From: Macrostomum lignano
Lineage: Eukaryota
Length of the DNA: 64,000 bases
Direction of reading: 5' to 3'
Assembly: GCA_002269645.1 (NCBI GenBank)
Contig: NIVC01001471.1
Location: 186,001-250,000, forward strand
This document shows, piece by piece, positions 60,157-64,000 of this stretch; within the stretch, counting starts at the first letter, position 1, and the number at the start of each line of letters is the position of its first letter. Made by a program: the position numbers and the translations under genes. The notes below the pieces were generated by a model. The model was not told where the DNA came from, searched no databases, and saw nothing but the letters and a program-made list of their open reading frames with translations.

Positions 60157-63100
60157 TGGTGGTGGTTCGACCTGTAAATGTTTTAGATGTTTGGTTATTA
60201 GCTGATGAAGAGCTTTATTTTGACACTGACTTTGTGCCTGGTGCGTACTTGTCGGTGCATTTAGGGTGTAAGGGATTTTCTACGATTGTAACTAATATAC
60301 TGTATTGTATTGTGCTCACTAGCAATCAGAAGCCAAGACAAGAAATACTAATATAGGTAATAATTAAACTATGAAGAACACGCAGGTGATGTGGGTGAGG
60401 TGAGGCTCAGCCTGCTTTAAATTTTAAAAATCCTGTCGTTGATAGTGCAGGGGGTAGCATGCGTCTTTGTTCGTGGGATTCTGAACTTGAAAATGACCCT
60501 GATCAGAATCCTAGACAACATCGCAAATGGTTTTCGCATTACTGATGGCAAAGAGCTTTGTGAGACTTTTAATGCCGATTACATGTCTACTGCTGCAATT
60601 CACCGCGCTGTTGAGCGGCAAATTAAGGAAGAGATTGAAAATGGCAGGTACGTTGTGGTTCCTGAGAAGCCTACGTTGGTCAGCCCTCTTGGAGCTATTC
60701 CCAAGGATAACGGGAAGCTTCGGCTTATTCACGACTGCAGCACGCTTCCGGGCTGCTCGGTAAATGATAATTATACGAAGAAGCTGAGCCCCAGGTTTGA
60801 CTCCGTCAAGAGGGTTGCAGCCTCTATCGGTAAGGGCTGGTTCATGGCGAAGCTTGATCTGTCGCAAGCTTACAGAAGTGTGGCGATTCATCCGGATGAT
60901 TACCAGGCGACTGGAATTGGTTGGCGCTTTAAACCAACCAATTCCGTTATCTGACATGGCTTGTCGACATCCGGCTACCCTTTAGTAGCTGCGCCTTGGT
61001 CGAGATTTTCTACCGGCTTACTCAAGCGGTCAAGAGGATGATGGTGCGTCGCGGCGTGGCCAATAGTTCGGTCTACCTGGATGATTTTCTGGTTGCGGCT
61101 GAGAGCGAGGAGGAGTGTATGGATGCCCTGAAAGAGCTGATGAAGTTGGTTCGCCAGTTAGGTTTTGGTGTCAACGGGAACAAAGTGGTTGAACCTACGC
61201 AATGCTTGGTGCATCTCGGTGTGCAGGTTGATACTGTCGGTGGAGTTCTTATCGTGCCGGCGGAAAACCGGTTCTCAACATCTATTTTTAGAACTTCCAA
61301 ATATGGTAAATGTTAACCTGAATGCGACCCAAGTATCACCCTTTTCTATTCAAAAACCCCACCTGTCAAGTAATAAAATTCCTTTCGTGAACTCATCAAA
61401 AAACCGTTTTTTAGCTCAACGTCGACTCAAGGCCGACAAATAGTGTATAAATACAAACGCAAAATCCGAGCTGAAATCTCAGACTCGGAGCAGCCTCAAA
61501 AAATCTTGGGCCTTTCAAGAGCAGCCAAAGAGGCTATATCTCTGAGGAAGAAATATACCAATTGGTAAGCTTTGTTCGAGTCTTCGTTATTTGATTATTA
61601 AGAGCGATTTTATTGCCGGCTCTTACTGATCAGTTGATTTTACTGAGTCTATTGAGTTTGAGGCCTCCCTTATCCTAAGAGATTGGATAGGATCTGCGGA
61701 CCGATTCCGATACCCTTAGAGGATTATTGATTTGATTGATTTCGGTACCCTAGAGTAACCGATAGGAGCATACGACTCCGATTCCGTTGTTTCTAGAAGA
61801 CACTTTTTCTGGAGGACCTCGTCATTGCTTTAAAGCTGACTTTGTTATTAGGGCGCATCGCTGATTCTGCACTCGAGGAATATAATGATTTCTGCACTCG
61901 AGGAATATAATGATTTCTGCACTCGAGGAATATAATGATTTCTGCACTCGAGGAATATAATGATTTCTGCACTCGAGGAATATAATGATTTCTGCACTCG
62001 AGGAATATAATGATTTCTGCACTCGAGGAATATAATGATTTCTGCACTCGAGGAATATAATGATTTCTGCACTCGAGGAATATAATGATTTCTGCACTCG
62101 AGGAATACTTCGACGTCGACGGATTAAATTGTTACGCTCTCATATTCGGCCGATTTTGGAATTCAAGAAGACTACTCCGGAGGAAGAAGATTTGAAGAAA
62201 CGAGCTCGGAGAACCTGCCCGACAAAGAAGAGGAGCCCGCACCGGTAAGTGATCACTGGATTTTGTTCCCAGGCTTAACGTCTGGAAGAAGGAGTTTTCG
62301 AGTGACTGATCACCACACGATCAAACTCTTCAGCTGGTACCACGTTTTTGCGGACCCGTGCTCTAGGCTGCACGCGGAGGACAAGATGCGCGATTTTTTA
62401 TTTTGGCACTGTAAACTGCTGTTTTAATGAGATCGTTAGGCATGCTGTCTGCCCTGCTGTCTCTGTTTTTCTTATTTTGCAGGCCCTCCGCGCCAGACTC
62501 CCGACCGCCTCAGCAAGCGCTGCGCTTTTCTCCTCGGCAATGCCTACGCGCCCCGCACGAAGCGGAGTTACCCGTCGCAGCTCGCGTCAGCTGGCTGCGT
62601 TTTTGAAACTACCAGCACTTTACGCCGGCGCGGGCACAGCCGGCGCACGTGGCCGAGTACCTCGCCGAGCTGTCCGCCCGGCTGTCAGCCTTTCGGAGTT
62701 GCCAGGCGTACGCTAACGCTGTCTTGCTGAACTTCAGAGCCCTCGGTCAGCCGGACCCGTGTGAGTCGCCGATGGTCAAGCTGGTGCTTCGTGGTCTTCC
62801 CCGATGTCTCAGTCGGCAGCAGCGCTCAAGGGAGCCGTTCAGAATTGCAGACCTCCTCAAGCTGCACGCCCACCTTGACCAGCGACTGAAGAGTGACATC
62901 GCGTTCTGGGCAGCTGTTCTGGCAGCCTGGTGTGATATGCTGCAGAAAGTGAATGTGACGACGCAATCGGAGCAGCTCGATCTGTGGTGCGACCTGGCGG
63001 CATCAAACATCGTCTTTTCGGAGTGCGACTATGAGCTCACCGTGCGGCATTCAAAGACCAACCAGGTTGGCGACCGAGTTCAGCGAGTGTTTCTTCCGAA

Positions 63101-63590
63101 ACTGCCTGATGGGAGCTTGGGTGTCCTGTGCCCGTTCCGTGCACTCGAGCGGCAGCCACGGGCAAACCGAGTCGACCAGGCGCCGCGTCCGGTTCACCTG
63201 TTCTCCAAGTGGTCGGCGACGGGATGGTTGCCTCTGACGGCTAGCAAGTTTGATAGCCGGCTTCGCGCGCTGTGCACATCGGCGGGTTTGTCGCCACGCG
63301 AGTTCACTGGCCACGGGCTGAGGCGGGGCGGCGCTACAGCAGCCATGCAGCTCGGTGTTCCACTGACGATGATCAAGAAGTTGGGCGACTGGAAGGGCAA
63401 CTCGGTGTTTCGCCGCCTAGCGTACATCTATCTGTTCGGGACTCGGACGCAAGGGCGGCTGTGCATGGCTTGGCTCGTTGGGTTGGTGCGCTCTAACTCT
63501 CTCTTTGTCGAACTTTCTTGGTTTGGATTGGGCCAGGCTCGAACCTGCGCCTCTCGTGCCAACTGCCTTGACTTCGTCTCACTGGTTTAA
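60157..63590 (+). mobile_element. DIRS-group (Ngaro-like) retrotransposon: RT (60439-61265) and tyrosine recombinase (~62480-63590), decayed and interrupted
   Basis: SPLGAIPKDNGKLRLIHDCS, KLDLSQAYR, RLPF, YLDDFLV (RT); AYAPRTKRSY, HSKTNQ, LCP, GHGLRRGGATAA, LGDWK (YR); RNase H region replaced by unrelated DNA. Confidence 0.88.
61864..62107. repeat. 25-bp minisatellite (TCTGCACTCGAGGAATATAATGATT), about 9.5 perfect copies
   Basis: Direct reading. Confidence 0.95.
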
Positions 63591-63599
63591 CAGTGCAAT

Positions 63600-64000
63600 A
63601 ATCACTTTCTCAGCTAGTACAATAATCCATCCTTTTCTTTAAGGATTTATTAACAATAAAGCATTTGGAAAACTTTTAATAAAAAATATTGCTCTACTAA
63701 GATTCGAACCTAGGTCGTTGCACTATCAGTTCAGTCTGTTCACATCCAGGCTAGCTCTTATCGAATTTATAAATGAATTGTACTAATGTATATTTCAACA
63801 CTCACACCAAGTTAGTTAGAGAAAAGTTACACGAATGCTGAGAGGCCTTTAAGTCGGAGTTACAATTTAGTTGTGATGCAATCTTTATCAGAATTAGAAT
63901 TCAGCCAGTCAGTTTTTCTCTGGCATTCTTACAATGCATTTCAAGTCGAAAAGTCTGTTTGACCTTTGCAAAAAGCATGTTTTTCGAATATTCAATCCCT
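63600..64000 (-). mobile_element. Third copy of the Helitron family 5' region, running off the window end
   Basis: Reverse complement matches 49960-50400 and 55155-55560, including the tRNA-like head. Confidence 0.8.

Noticed and set aside
62649-63590. Phage integrase or bacterial contamination
   Set aside because: It lies downstream of a DIRS-type RT on the same strand, the normal DIRS/Ngaro layout, in eukaryotic repeat context.

Overview
This is eukaryotic (metazoan) genomic DNA with GC-rich exons, AT-rich minisatellite-packed introns and many decayed transposons. The style resembles a free-living flatworm such as Macrostomum, but that is an inference only. The left third holds a decayed PHD-FLYWCH-MULE transposase, a 5-exon REST corepressor gene (RCOR, ELM2 plus two SANT domains) and a 6-exon FCHO gene (F-BAR plus mu-homology domain), with a different tandem repeat in most introns. 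The middle (23.8-48.6 kb) is a tandem family of secreted C-type-lectin + PAN/apple genes: three intact copies plus broken copies, interleaved with Ginger, LTR, LINE and Crypton-like debris. The intact copies are nearly identical, even at synonymous sites, except for one sharply bounded ~138-nt segment covering the lectin ligand-binding loops, which differs by up to ~34%. This constant/variable architecture is the most interesting signal in the window. The right quarter is a nested stack of insertions (Harbinger-like MITE > P-like MITE with 8-bp TSD > two head-to-tail Helitrons carrying tRNA-like heads, satellites and TTAGGG tracts). It is followed by a Tc1-like pseudogene and a broken DIRS/Ngaro retroelement. 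All alignments and counts were done by hand; no database searches were run.
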